The translations under genes were made by a program, and so were the position numbers. Under the pieces are notes generated by a model that saw only the letters and a program-made list of their open reading frames with translations, made no database searches and was not told the DNA's origin. Source: Sminthopsis crassicaudata (taxonomy: Eukaryota). Taken from it: a DNA stretch of 64,000 nt. This document shows positions 48,184 to 61,717 of the stretch, piece after piece (within the stretch, counting starts at the first letter, position 1; every line of letters starts with the position of its first letter). The DNA lies in assembly GCF_048593235.1 (NCBI RefSeq), contig NC_133618.1:46100478-46164477 (forward strand), read 5' to 3'.

Positions 48184-48893
48184 TTTTCACTAATACATTG
48201 TTGGTGGAACTGTGAATGGATCCAAACATTCTGAAAAGCAATTTGGAACTATGCGCAAAGAGTATCAAACTGTGCATACCCTCTGACCCAGCAGTGTTTC
48301 TACTGGGCTTATATCCCAAAGGGATCTTAAAGGAGGGAAAGAGACCCACATGTGCAAAAATGTTTGTGGCAGCCCTCTTTGTGGTGGCCAGAAACTGGAA
48401 ACTGAGTGGATAACCATCAGTTGGAAAATGGCTGAATAAGTTATGGTCTATGAATGTTATGGAATATTATTGTTCTTAAAAAAAAAAACCAGCAGGATGA
48501 TTTCAGAGAGGCTTGGAGAGACTTATGTGAATTGATGCTAAGTAAAATGAGCAGAACCAGGAGATCATTATACATGGCAACAACAATATTATATAATGAT
48601 CAATTCTGATGGACGTGACTCTCTTCAACAATAAGATGATTTAAACCAGTTCCAATTGAAGAGAGCCATCTATACCCAGAGAAAAGTCAGTGGGAACTGA
48701 GCATGTTTCACAACATAGCATTTTTACCCTTTTTGTTGTTGTTGGATTACATTTTATTTTGCTTCTCATTTTTTCTGGCTTGATTTGATTTTTCTTATGT
48801 AGCAAGATAATTGTATAAATATGTATGCATATAAAAAACTTAGGACCAATTCAAATAAAAAATCTATAGTATCAAAATAAATAAATAAATAAA
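48184..48893 (+). mobile_element. L1 ORF2 C-terminus plus 3' UTR
   Basis: ORF 48216..48413 IPSDPAVFLLGLYPK...TCAKMFVAALFVVARNWK. (TAAA)n tail. TSD TAAA(C/T)ACTATGT at 48172-48183 and 48894-48905. Confidence 0.92.
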
Positions 48894-49009
48894 TAAATAC
48901 TATGTCTTCTTGCCTATTTCATAAGGAAGAAATAAGATCATCCCTAATGTTGTTCGATCTAGAACAAAAGTGAATTCTGAGCCCTATTGATAATCCAGAC
49001 ACCACCAAT

Positions 49010-49450
49010 AGAGATCTAGAAAACACCTAAGAGGCTCTCTAGTCCAATTCCCTCCTTAACCTTAACCAAACAGCACAAATCTAATCCCACAAGATGGTCC
49101 TTTAAATGCTGGAAGACACCTCTACCTCTTAAATTTTCTTGATAGACTAAACATGCCAAGTTACTTCAACTAATCCTCATATGACATTTTAGTTATACTC
49201 CCCTGAATACTCCTTCAGATTATCAACATCCCTCTTCAACCTTGTTTCCTAGAGCTGAGTACAATATACTAGACTTATCTATTATATTCTGACCACCCAA
49301 TATTCTGGAAGCTATAGCCTTTTTAAACCAACCCAAGCTTTTTTGGCCATCATATAATACTGCTCACATATGTTAAGCTTGCAGTTCAGTAAAATCCTCA
49401 CCTTTTTTCCAGAAAAATTATTGTTTAATTCCTGTCTTATATTTTTAAAA
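49010..49450 (-). mobile_element. CR1/L3 or MIR3-related fragments
   Basis: AGTTACTTCAACTAATCCTCATATGACAT...AGCTGAGTACAATATACTAG...TTAAGCTTGCAGTTCAGTAAAA. Confidence 0.5.
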
Positions 49451-50686
49451 GTTGATTCAAAAATCATATCTATTTGTCATATCTGAAGTGTAGAAAATAA
49501 AACCAGTTGTGTTCAGGCATCTTTTATCTCACCAGCTCATATTTTCAGTTAGCGTTGGTAGGGATAAAAATACAGCAATAATTACCACATGTGATGGGGG
49601 GAAATTACAGATTTAGCAGACAGGAATTTTAATCTTAGCTAGCAGTGTATTTATTGGCAAATGTTTAACAACCAACTCTCAAGGCAGGATGGGGTGGGGA
49701 GACATACATAAGACACATGTTTAAGTTTAATCTGCAGTATTAGCATTTTTCTCCATCACTTTCTAAGTCTAGATAATCAACAAAATGATAAATCAAGTCA
49801 AGATATGTATCAACTGCCAATTTCTGAAGTATAAAATGTTCACACTGGAAAAATTTAACAATCATTTTTTTGAGACAGTTCTAACTAATGGCCTGCTTCT
49901 TGGCTATGTGACTCCTAAGTATCTAAAGAATTCCCATCTTTTGGTTTCTGGCATAAATATGCCCTTCATTCTTCATACACAGGAAGCCCCAATTGGCATT
50001 AGAAGACAATCCCAGAGCCCAAATCCTGATTTTTACAAATAAGGAAACTGAGGAGCTTGGCTTGTGTCGTCATAAAGAGATATAGCAGAGTTAGGGTTTG
50101 AACTCAAGATCTTTAATACCCTGCCCAGCATCTAACACTCTTAGTCTAGCAGACCAAGTTGAATTTTCATTTCTTTGCATTTTAGCATATCTTTGAAAGA
50201 ACTTAACACCCAATTATAAAAATAATAATACTTGGTGTTTGTATTACATACTTTCATACAATAAGAACAACCCATATTATTTCACTTTCTAATTGTTTAA
50301 TATTATCTTTAATCCCTGAAAGCAAGAGCTATAACTTTTACTCCTTTTGTAGCTCCCACAATGCCTGATACAAGACCAAGTGCATCCTGGTTACCAATAA
50401 ACCACCAAATTTCAATGAGTTAAAATCTTAACTCTCATAAGTTGTCTCATAAGTGTAATAGATAATAATAGATATAATGAGGATGTGAGTTCTAATCCTT
50501 CTTCTTATACATGCTAGCTGTGTGATCATGGGTCTCTCACTTAACCAAGACTTTTAAGGTACAGATCTGCCACAGTGAACTGAAAGATTCTTCAAGTGTT
50601 TATATAGGTCTCACACCTAGGCAGGCCTCTGAAGAGTAAAAGTTAGCTTGCTCCCAGTTAATTCAACTTCCTTCCCAACAAATGTT

Positions 50687-51062
50687 TGTTGTATAAAAAA
50701 CAGTTACCAATATTGAGCAAATATATATATCAAATCAAGCAATTGAAACAATAACCAGAATAGTCAGACAGATTAATATAGACAATGAAATATAAGAATC
50801 AGGGGAAGAAAATCTCAACCAAGGAGAGAACACTCTCACCTCCTACTTACCTCACACACAAGTCCACCCCCCAGCAGTCTATAGGGGTATAGACCCTAAG
50901 AATTGGGGTGCCACCTTTTCCCCATATATCTACATTTTCAAGGTTAATCATCACTACCCAAACCCTACATCTCATCTCCTTTCCCCAGCCTAAAGTTCTC
51001 TGTTCCTCTCTCTTAAACTCTCTCAGCCAATCAGGAGTCACATCTCCCTACAGTATATAACA
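50687..51062 (-). mobile_element. Possible old solo LTR
   Basis: Termini TGTTGTATA...TATATAACA and CCAAT/ATTGG followed by an AT-rich box on the minus strand. No TSD found. Confidence 0.4.
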
Positions 51063-51099
51063 TCACTGGGGTTTCTGGAACCTCATTGCCTGGCCATTA

Positions 51100-51345
51100 T
51101 TGTTGTTGAGTCCCTTTTCAGTGTCCTACTCTTTCTGACCCCATTTGGGGTTTTCTTGGTAGATATTAGAATGGTTCACTATTTTCTCCTCCTGTTTATT
51201 TTACACATGAGGAAACTGAGACAAACAGGGGTCAGTGACTTACCCAGGGTGACACAGCTGGAAATGGCTAAGGTTAGATTTGATGAGTCAGACTGACTCC
51301 AGACCCAAATACCTCATGCACTATGGTACCCCCTAGCTGCCAATG
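51100..51345 (-). mobile_element. MAR1-type CORE SINE
   Basis: TTGTTGTTGAGTC...GACCCCATTTGGGGTTTTCTTGG...GAGGAAACTGAGAC. Confidence 0.85.
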
Positions 51346-52544
51346 GATCTGAGATCTCATTACTGTGAACTATTCAATATATCCCATCCACAACTGTCCT
51401 TTCTCTGTGATTTTGATCCTTATGCTCCCAGAAGTTGAGAGTCAACCCAGTATGCTGAGACCTCTCTCTCTGTCTCTCTGTCTTTCTGTCTCTCTGTCCC
51501 TCTCTTTCTTCCCCATCTCCCTCTCTATCCCACCCCACTGCAATGATACCAATGAAGCTTCTGGTCTATCCAGTTTTTATCTTCTGCTTTTACTACATGA
51601 CCGGACCATCTTCTTTTTCACCAATTTATTTCCATGTTGGTATCCTTTTACTCAGCTTCTCCTTTATAATTTCAGATTTATAATAACAAATTATCCTATG
51701 CAGATGAAATCATAGATACAAGTAAAAAGAAGAAAGATAAAAATGCTAGCTCATTTTGCAAGGATGCCATGAGTAAGAACAAATGATAATGGTTAAATTC
51801 CTTTATAAACATAAGATTCTATGAATGGAATAATAAGAATGGAGAAGACAAGAGACTGAAACTCAGCAAAAGAAATAGTAACTGGGGAAATCTGAGGGAA
51901 CTAAAGATAATTTATTAAAAATGACTTTGATAAAAACATTGCTCTAGATTCAGTATCTATGTACAGAAAATAGTCAATTCATGCATTTAGGAAAAATTTA
52001 TTGGATTCATGATCTACAGAAGAGATCTAGAAAATTATGACAATAGTGATCTGATCTATCAATCAAATCATATATGTTCTAAGGATTGTGTAGTGAAGTG
52101 GGTACAACAACAAAAGTGAGAAAGACTTTTTGTCTATGTGAGCCTGGTAAAGTCATTTATCTTACTTAAGTCTCAATTTCCTTATCAATAAAAAGTAGGG
52201 CTGATACTATAGTGCACATTTTACAAAGTTTTTTGTAAAAATCAAATGAGATCATGTATAAATCTTAAAATGATATAGAAATGTCAATATTAAGAGACAT
52301 TATAAATAAGAAGGAAGATAAATTTAGAATTACAGGGACCTAAAAAGTCATCTATTCCAACCTCTTTGTTATTCAGACAAAGATAATTAGTCTTAAATTT
52401 AGTAAATTAACTTGGCCAAGACTATGCAGGTGGTAGAAATGACATTTAAATCTAGGGCTCTTTCCAATGAACCATGTTGGTTTTAAAGTAATTTAAAGTA
52501 ATAAACTTAGAGCAAGTGACCTGGCTCAAGGATCTAATTAAGGA

Positions 52545-53400
52545 TCAGCAATTGATTTATATACATTTGTATATTTTTAGATTGTAAATGTACATTTATT
52601 TTTTGCATATTTCCATATGAATGGAGAGAAAAATCAGACAAATGGGAAAAACCATGAGGAAAAAATCATGGAGGGGGGAAAAGGTGAAAATAGTATGCTG
52701 TGATTTGCCTTTAGTCTTCATAGTATTATCTCTGGATATGGATGGTATTTTATATCCAAAGTTCATTGGAATTGCCTTGGATTACTGAATTATTGAGAAG
52801 AGCTAAATCTATCGGAGTAGAACATCACGCAATCTTGTTGTTGCTGTGTACAATGTTTTCCTGATTTTATGTGTTTTACCTCAGTATCAGTTCATGTAAA
52901 TCTTTCCAGAATTTTCTAAAATCAGCTTGCTCATCATTTTATAGAACAATAATATTCCATTATTATACACCCGTTCCCCAGCTGACACACATCCACTGAT
53001 TTTCCAATGTTTGTCACCACAAAAAAGAAGAGCTTTTACAAACATTTTAGCACATGTGGGTCCTTTTCCCTCTTTTATGATCTCTTTGGGATACAGACCC
53101 AGTAGTGATACTGCTAGAACAAAGGTTATTGCACAGTTTTATAGCTCTTTGAGCATAGTTCCAAATTAGTTTCCAGAATGATTAGTTCATTTCAAAATTC
53201 TACTAACATTGCATTAGTGTCCAGTTTTCCCACATCCCCTCCAACATTCATCATTATCTTTTCCTGTCATCTTAGCCAGTCTTAGAGGTGTGAAGTGATA
53301 CTCCAAAGTTGTGTTAATTTGCCTTTCTCTAATCAATAGTGATTTAGAGCACTTTTTCATATGACTATAGATGGCTTTAACTTCATCTGAAATTGTCCAT
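52545..53400 (-). mobile_element. L1 ORF2 C-terminus plus 3' UTR
   Basis: ORF 53214..53417 HMKKCSKSLLIRERQINTTLEYHFTPLRLAKM...CWRGCGKTG. Confidence 0.9.
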
Positions 53401-53809
53401 TGATAAGGGATTGCCACTAATAATGGGGGTAGAGAGTAAAAATGGGAGAATTGAAGTTAGAACAGATCAAGACAGTGGGGTTGACATAATATTGAAAATT
53501 CCCTCATAATGGCCAGGTTGCTCAAAAAGAAATGATAGCAGATGTAACATGGCAGCTGGAAAGGCTATTTTACAGAGCTCTGACTTAGGGAAGGATACAA
53601 AGGCAAAGAGAAGAATTGTTTGTGATTATAATTCTTGAAGAAATCACGCACAGGATTAGAGAAGTTCCCACTATCTATCTTTGGAGTCAGTCAAAAAGTT
53701 ATAGAAAAGTAAAATAGTGCTTGAATCACCAATAATAGTGATTGTAAACCATTTTTGTTTCATGGACTGGTAGTCTGGTGAAGCTTGTAGAACTCTTCTC
53801 AGAATAATA

Positions 53810-54111
53810 ATTTTTTTCTTTTTTTATTATAGCTTTTTATTTACCGATATATGCATGGGTAATTTTTCAGCATTGACAATTGCAAAACCTTTTGTTCCAA
53901 CTTTTCCCCTCCTTCCTCCCACCCCTTCCCCCATATGGCAGGTTGACCAATACATGTTAAATATGTTAAAGTATAAGTTAAATACAATATATGTATACAT
54001 GTCCGAACAGTTATTTTGCTGTACAAAAAGAATCGGACTTTGAAATATTGTACAATTAGCCTGTGAAGGAAATCAAAAATGCAAGTGGACAAAAATAGAG
54101 GGATTAGGAAT
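53810..54111 (-). mobile_element. L1 3' end with TSD
   Basis: Same subfamily as 786-1338. TCAGAATAATA at 53799-53809 and 54112-54122. Confidence 0.9.
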
Positions 54112-54459
54112 TCAGAATAATATTTTTAAATATTTGAAGGAAATAGAAAATTTCAGTTAAAGATTAGTAAAGGTAAAGATGTAATTGTTTTCTCACCAAA
54201 GTTCATGAAACATCCTTCCTCCATATTAAGAACCTCCGATCTATATGGGATTCTCTTTAAATTTCAATGGTGTACAAAGACTAGAGGCACTATGAATGCC
54301 TTACTGTGTTATATTACTCCCTTTGGTATAGCTTCAGACTTGCCAATTTTTCTAAGAGTTCGTCAGAGGCCTACAATTGTAATCATACATATTGGAGAGT
54401 GACCCTGGGTAAGTTATCTAATTACTCACTGTTCCGTGATCCATGTCCCTGCACATATA

Positions 54460-55100
54460 GAAGGAGGAGGAGAAAAAAGAGGAGGAATGAAGGGAAGAGA
54501 TGTAGGAAGAGAAAAGGAACAAGGAGGAGAAGGAAGGGGCAAAGGAGAAAAAGAAGGAAGAGAAATGTAGGAGATTAAAAAAAAAAAGAAATGAGAAAAA
54601 GAGGAAGAAAAGAAGAACAAGAATTGTTGTGATATAGGAGCCACCTGCCAGTAGCTGCTGGAGGTTTAACTCAGATCTGTAGAATGAATCTCTTCATGTG
54701 AGAGGATGATGATGATGACAATTGATAATTGATGATGATGACGACGACCACAATGATGATGATACAAGGAGACTGAGAGGTAGTTGCTATTCTCTGACCT
54801 CTCCACTGAGAGGCAGTTGTGTTGTCTGACCTCTATCCTCTTCCCTCTGCCTCCCATTTATTTCATTCTCGGTCCACAAGCAACAGTGGCTGCTTTGCAA
54901 CTCCTTCAGATGTTATGATTCACAGCTGTGGAGGCTTTCAGAGAATCGACCTGTCCCTTTATTTAGGCATGGTCCTTAACAAAGAATGAAAAAAAGAAGA
55001 AGAAAAAAGAACAGGAGGAGGAAAGAGGAAGAGAAGAAGAAAGAAGAAGAAAGTAAGAGGAGGGAGAATGGAAGCAGAAGGAAAAGAAAGAGATGGAAAA
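54460..55100. repeat. GA-rich tracts (54460-54620, 54985-55100) and (GAT)n (54706-54762)
   Basis: Visible simple repeats. Confidence 0.85.
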
Positions 55101-57089
55101 AACTAACATTTATTTAACATTTTAAAATTAGCAAAGTGCTTTGCAAATATAAACTCACTTGATCCTCATGACCAAGGGGGTGGGTACTATTATCATTCCT
55201 CATTTTATAAATAAGGTTATTGAGGCAGACAGAGGCACACTTAGTGGTCCTGCCACTATTTTAGTAAATTTCTGAAGCTAGATTTTAGCTCTGGTGTTGA
55301 TTTCAAATCCAGCACTCTATCCACTGTAATCCACTCTATCCACCAGCTGCCTCTAGTTTAGAACACCTGTTTCCTAAAGAAACCAAGCCTCCTTACCACC
55401 ACCAAGACACTTTTCTCCAAAAAGGAAATTTATAATTTAAAAAAATTCTTAATCGTGTAATAAAAGAATGCTAACCCTAGATTTGGGTCCAATATACATA
55501 AATGAAGGTAATGAATGGATCAGATTACATTTTTAACAGGTTTATAATGAATGGATAAAATTTCAAAGGTGAAATTTAACCTTGTGCTGTCTTTAGTACA
55601 TCCTTCTCATTATTATACCCAGACTCTATTAAGATAATACAAGAAAACACTGAGCATGGTTGAAATTCTGCTTTCCTTAGTTTTGTCATTGCATTCATTT
55701 ATTTATAGATGGAATGTATGATCATATAGAGTATTTGATACCTCTTCCTTTGGAATGGCCACTGTGGTAGATATTTTCTTCATAGTGGTTCAGGCCAGGA
55801 TTGTCTTAAGTATCTGATTTAATAATAATAAGTACCTTGCATGGTACTTGCATCTATAGTCATTTAATAAATGCTAAGATTTATATAACGTTCATATCAT
55901 CTCATTTTAGCCTCCCAACTTTGTATGACTATTGCTAGCCTCAATTTGCAGATAAGGAAACTGAGGTCCAGAAAGTTGAAATGACTTACCTTAGCCATTA
56001 AGTGCTAGAGATGGTATGGGAACCCAGGCTTGCCTGGCTCCAAGATGAGCACTGTATCCACAAGGCCCCTGCTTTCTCTCCCAAGTAAGATGGCCACTCA
56101 TGAAGTCAAAATCCCATCCCAATAAACTCCACTGCTAAGCTACAGGGAGTTGTGGCTTGGTATTAATGCCATTTTCTTAAACCCCATAGTGTAGGAAACC
56201 AAAGCATACCAACTATGTACCAACCAAAACTTTTTGAAAGGAATCTTTCTCTTAATCTTTGCTATTTACAAAATGAATAGGCCCACTTGGCAGCAGCCAG
56301 TCAATCGGCAAGTATTTAGCAAGAGCTTGGTAAGCCAGGCACTGTTCTAAGCTACCTAGACACAAAAAAAGGTGAAAGCCAGTTTCCTGCCCCTCAAGAA
56401 GCTCAAAATCTAATATCAAGATAAAATAAAGGAAACTGATGAGGAACTAAAATGTCTCCTATTTTTCCAAGCCCTATTTACTTTTTAAACAATCAACTTA
56501 GTGATTTTTGGAGAATTTGCCAATTCAAAGAGAATCTCTCCACAAGGCTTTTTCTACCCTGCCTGCCACAGAAAACTTCATCCTGAAAACTCATTCTATG
56601 TCTTCAGCCTCTCCTTTTGACTGGCTGTTTCCTCCCAGAATTCCTATTTTAAGGAGGAAGTTCAAGACCAACCATATCTCCATTCCTTTCCTGGATGTAC
56701 GCCTGACTTTCTTAAGGACTTTCTACCATGTTCCCAAGCCAGGTATCTTATCCCTTTTCTCTCCCTTCTCAGCTCCTTTTTAGGTGTCTTCCCACATTAG
56801 ATTGCAAGCTTCTTGAAGACAAGAACTGTCTTTCTGCTTATATTTGTGTTTTCAGGGCTTAGCCCAATGCCTAGAATGTAGTAAACACTTGATAAATGCT
56901 TGCTGTTATCTAATCTAGGTTCCCAGGGAGATTAAATTTGCTTACAAGTTCTTTTTTTATTGAAATGTCTTCCAAAATAAATATAACAATAATGTAGAAA
57001 AATATTTAAATCCAACTTCTTAAAATATATTTAGACATAGCTCAAACTTTAGCCAAATATGTAGAAACAAGCTATATATAAGATAAATG

Positions 57090-57570
57090 GGAAATAATTT
57101 ACAGAGGAAAGGCACTAAGATTAAGATAATTTGAAAAGAGCTTCCTGTAGAAAATGAAATTTTAGTCAGGTCTTAAAAGGAAGTCACAGAAATCCAGTAG
57201 GCAGAAATGAGGAGGAAGAGTATTTCAGGGAGGGCAGGCAACCAGAGAGAATGCCCAAGACAGACAGAAGGAGATGTCCTGGGCATCCAGTTCAGAACAA
57301 AAAGATAGTTGGAGATATGAGAAGTCAGCAGAAAGATTAGGGGAAGAAAGATATATTTGAGTATCATCAGTGGAGAGTTCATAATTAAATCCATGGGAAC
57401 AGAAGAGATCTCCAAAGTAAATAGTATAGAAAAAGAAGAAAAGAGGGCTCAAGCCTGAATCCTATGAGACACCAATGTTTAAGAGGGTGTGAACTAGAAG
57501 ATCCAGCAAAGGTAGTCAAGGAGGTAGAAGAAAAACCAGGAGAGAGAAAGGTTCCAAAAACCTTGAGAAA
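57090..57570 (-). mobile_element. L2 fragment
   Basis: GAGTTCATAATTAAATCCATGGGAACAGAAGAGATCTCC...GGGCTCAAGCCTGAATCC. Confidence 0.75.
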
Positions 57571-58669
57571 ACTCACTAATGAAACCACAGATGGAGGAGT
57601 AAAGTATTTAAGAAGTAATATCCCAGATTTGGGGTAGTAGATAGTAAGCTGGTCTCAAAGTTGATCTACATTCTGGACCCACCTTTCTCTAAGACTCTAA
57701 ATACAGAGAAAGACTTGATTAGAAGAGTTAACCAGAAACATCCTATAGCAATGAAATCACATGGCATGTACACTATTCTTTCTGAATGTCCAACTTCTAT
57801 AGAAGAAAAAATATCTTTAGTCTGGTTTTCCCACCACTCACTGCCTTCAGTATCCCATTAACTTGCTTTGACCTTTATCCATCCTCTTGCTCTTCTCCTC
57901 TTCCTTTTTACTGTGTTTTCCAGAACCCTTGGTTCATCCTTAAAGTCAGCTTCATTATAAACCTCATCCTCTTGTGCAAAACTCCATTTTGAGTCTTCTC
58001 TTCTAGAGAATAAATATTCCCAGTTCCTCCAAATGGTCTTCTTATGGCATGTCTCAAAGCTGTCCTCCTCCAGACAATGTTCTTCCTAAAATATGACAAC
58101 CACCACCCCTCAAACTGAACCTGCTACTCCAGCTACAGCTTGACTGGAGCAGAACATAGTAGGATTCTCACTTCCATGGTCCTGATCATGGAGCCACTCC
58201 TGACACAGACAAGATCTAATTAGGTTTTATAGCTGGCACTGTTGACTTATGCAACAATGATGATGATAACTGATATTTATAATAATAACAGCTAGGAATT
58301 ATAGAGTACTTTACATATAGCATCTCAATTAAGAATAACAATCATAATAGCTAACATTTATATAGTGCTCACTATGTGCCGAGCCCTGTGATGAGAACTT
58401 TACAATTATGATCTCCTTTGATCTTCAAAACAATCCTAAGAAATAGGTACTATTATTATTCCTATTTTCATATGATGAAACTGAGGCAGATCGTGGTTAA
58501 GTCGCCTGCCTAATGTCACACAACCAAAAAATATCTGAGGCTGGACTCCAGGCCCAATGCTCTATCCACTGAGCCACCTAGCTAGCTGCCTGACAGTACT
58601 TTCAAGCTTGCAAAGTGCTTTACATATATCATCTCACTTGAATCTTATACCAACCCATTAGAAGGCCTT

Positions 58670-58950
58670 AAGTCCATGTTGTGTGAAGACTGATTGAAAG
58701 ACTTTGGTATATTTTTCCCTAAAGAAGAGACAACTCAGGGAAGAGGTATGATAACTGCTTTCAAATTGCTGCAAGACTCTGAGGAGGAAGAAGAATTAGA
58801 TTTGTTCTGTCTTACCTCAAAGGCCAGAAAGAGCAACAATGAATGAACATTGTAAAAAGCAATTTAGGTTGGTATAAGGAAACCTTTGTGACAAACAGGA
58901 CTATCCAATAATGGAATGGGTTGCCCTCACATGAAAGGCTTGAGGAATAG
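58670..58950 (+). mobile_element. CR1/L3 3' end
   Basis: Degenerate RRLRGDMITxFKYL-type sequence and GGAATGGGTTGCC. Confidence 0.75.
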
Positions 58951-59209
58951 GCTGCTTCCATGTGTGAGCCACTGCTACCCTGTATAACTCTGAAATTCTG
59001 TGATTCTCAATGCTTTTATGTTCCCCATTCCACAGATGAAGGTACTGAGACTCAGAAATGGTTAGTAGTTAACAGTTAACAGGTGTCAAAGATAAGATTC
59101 AAGTAATTTTTCTTTTCAATCTAGTCTACTTCATAGATGTAGACATCCATTATAATCCCTTTTTTCCCTAAAGAAATTGCTATTTCTCCAATATTTTTAC
59201 TTGAGTGAT

Positions 59210-59525
59210 TTTTATTTTTTAATTTTTAAAAATTATTTTTATAAAAGCTTTTTGTTTTTCAAAATACATACAAAGATAGTTTTCAACATTCACCCTTAGA
59301 AAACCTTGTGATCCAAATTGTTCTTCCTCCCTCTTCTCTTCCTCCTCCTCCAGAAAATAAGTAATCCAAGATAGATTAAACATGAGCAATTCTTTTAAAT
59401 ATATATCCACATATGTCATGTTGCCCAAGAAAAAATCTGATCAAAAGAGAAAAAACACAAGAAAAATGAAGCAAATAAACAACAATAAAAACAAAGGTAA
59501 AAATACTATTCTTTGATCCACATTT
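59210..59525 (-). mobile_element. L1 3' end inserted into a CR1 fragment
   Basis: T-rich tail and L1 3' UTR. CR1-like sequence resumes at about 59540-59730. Confidence 0.75.
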
Positions 59526-59749
59526 AGTTTGAGTGCTTTTTTTTACATCCAAGTGTAAGACTTTACATTCATTACAATTAAAATTAGTCTGTTTAATTGT
59601 GGCCCAAGATTCTAAGCAGTTAAGATCTTTTAGAGTCCAAACTTTATTATTTAACAAGTTACCTATGCCTTCTGGCATTTGTGTCATCTGAAAAGTCAAC
59701 AAGTGGACCAAATACATCAAGTCATTGATAAAAAATGTTAAGAATCTTA

Positions 59750-59920
59750 TTAACTGTGTGGTCCTGGAAAGTCACTTAACCTCTATTTGCTTCAGTTTCC
59801 TCAACTAGAAAACTATAATAATAGCACCTATTTCCCAGGGGTTTGTGAGGATTAAATTAAATATTTGTAGAGCACTCCATATAGCACCTAGAACATAGTA
59901 GGAGCTCCACAAATGCTTGC
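59750..59920 (+). mobile_element. MIR SINE
   Basis: AAGTCACTTAACCTCTATTTGCTTCAGTTTCCTCAACT... Confidence 0.75.
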
Positions 59921-59959
59921 CTCCTTCCTTCCCAATTTATTGGCTCCTTCCCCGATGCC

Positions 59960-60480
59960 CACAAAATATATTTAGATGGACCCTATAGAAAAAATATTTT
60001 ATTTATCCCTATCATCTCCTCAAACTTCATCTTCTCTCTCATCTACCTTTCTCCCAAACTCCTTATCTTATCTATCTACTTTCACTTCCAAATTTCTTCT
60101 TCTCTCTAGTCATTGCCATTGTGCACCACTCATTGACTTTTCCACTTCTTGCAGTCTGACGTCCCTGAAAACATTCTCTCAAAATGCATAACTAACATCT
60201 TAAATATTCAATTCAGTGGCTTTTTCATGAGCTCTCTTCTCACTTCTCTGCAGCGTTTTTGACATTGGTAACCTCTTCCTCCTCATGGCTACCCATACTT
60301 TCTATGCCAGTGACCTTCCCGAGCTTCCTCCTACCTGTCTAACTGTCCCTTCACAGTATGCATTGCTAAATCATCATCCAGATCCTTCCCATCCTAATTA
60401 TAGGTATACATTCTAGGCTACCTTCTCCTGTCTCTAAATTTGTCCTTTCATTGATCTCTTCAGATCCTATAGACTCAATT
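59960..60480 (+). mobile_element. L2 fragment
   Basis: TGCAGCGTTTTTGACATTGGTAACCTCTTCCTCCTC... Confidence 0.65.
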
Positions 60481-60504
60481 TCACGTACATGCTACTGTTG
60501 TTTA

Positions 60505-60735
60505 TTCACTTTCATTTGTGTTTGATTCTTCATGATGCTATTTGGAGTTTTCTTGACAAAGATAATGGAGAAGTTTGCCATTTCCTTCTCTAACTCATTT
60601 TACAGATGAGGAACTGAAGCAGAGTTAAATGACTTGCCCAGGATTTCATAGCTAGTGTCTGTGGCTAGATTTAAACTCAGTTTTTTGTGATTCCAGATCT
60701 AATGTTATATCCACTCAGCCACTTAGCTGCCTTCA
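60505..60735 (-). mobile_element. MAR1-type CORE SINE
   Basis: TTTGGAGTTTTCTTGACAAAGATAATGGAGAAGTTTGCCATTTCCTTCTC...ATCCACTCAGCCACTTAGCTGCC. Confidence 0.85.
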
Positions 60736-61574
60736 CCTAGACTGCTAGCTATTTCCCCAAATTGATATTCTATCTCCTACATTTATGGACCTATTCAAAC
60801 CATCCTCAAATAAAATAGACTCTTCTCCTCTTGACTTCTCAGAATTATAGCTTTCTTCCAGACTCAGCTCAGCCACTTCCCACTTTATGAAACCTTCCCA
60901 GATCCCCACAAGTTGTTCATGCTCTCTCCTTCCTCAAATCATTCAGCTTATATTTACTTAGCAGCATACTAGGGATACCGCCATATAAAATAAACACTCC
61001 TTAAGAGACAGACTATAGTCTGTCTCTATTCTGATCTTTGTATCCATGCCAAAGGGCACTTGATAAATATTTAGAATGTAATTGAACAATATATCCATCA
61101 GAGATGCACAGAAAACCCTCCTAACCAATAGCTTTCTTGTTTCTACCTTGTCATCTCCCTCATCCATTTGCCTCTTACCATTCACAACTTGGCCCTCATC
61201 ACCACTTTCAATAGTCTTCTAATTGTTTTCTTTGTCTCAATTATTTTCCCACCCCAATACCTTTCCATTCAGCTGTCAAAATTACTTTTGTGAATTGTAA
61301 GCCTTACCATGTCTCACCATCTCACCTGCTCAAGGAACTCCAGTTGACCTATCACCTCCAGAAACAAATATAAACTCTTCTCATAGCATAGCCACTTTTT
61401 TTTACCTTTCCAACTTATGCCAGGGAATAAAATGTACTTTATTCCCCTCCATGTGCTCATTGAATGACAAAGTCTGAGTGGCCCATAACACACCCGCCAT
61501 CCCCTTATTTCACATGCCTAGAATTCTCTGATCCTTTACCTCTTCTTCCTGATTCCCTTCAAGACTTAGCTGAA

Positions 61575-61717
61575 GGGACAGCTAGGTGATACAGTGGATA
61601 GGGCACCAGTCTTGGAGTCAGGAGGACCAGAGTTCAAATCTGACCTCAGATACTTAACACTTCCTTGCTATGTGACCCTGGGAAAATCACTTAACCCCAA
61701 TTGCCTCAGAAAAAAAA
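61575..61717 (+). mobile_element. WSINE1-type SINE
   Basis: tRNA head, poly-A. Degenerate TSD AAGACTTAG(CTG/ATA)AA at 61561-61574 and 61718-61731. Confidence 0.92.

Noticed and set aside
48216-53417. Protein-like ORFs 48216..48413 and 53214..53417
   Set aside because: L1 ORF2 C-terminal remnants, not host genes.
54774-54790. let-7-like AGGTAGT string
   Set aside because: Does not match mature let-7 beyond a few bases, and the hairpin is far too short for a pre-miRNA.
55472-55482. CTAACCCTAG resembling the telomerase RNA template
   Set aside because: Isolated 9-mer in AT-rich context with no GC-rich pseudoknot or CR4/5 region.
55742-55813. Minus-strand 72-nt exon-like segment containing MKKISTTVAIPKEE
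   Set aside because: The acceptor lacks a polypyrimidine tract and borders an L2 tail, the donor GTATCA is moderate, and the peptide is not recognised. Worth a BLAST but not supportable.
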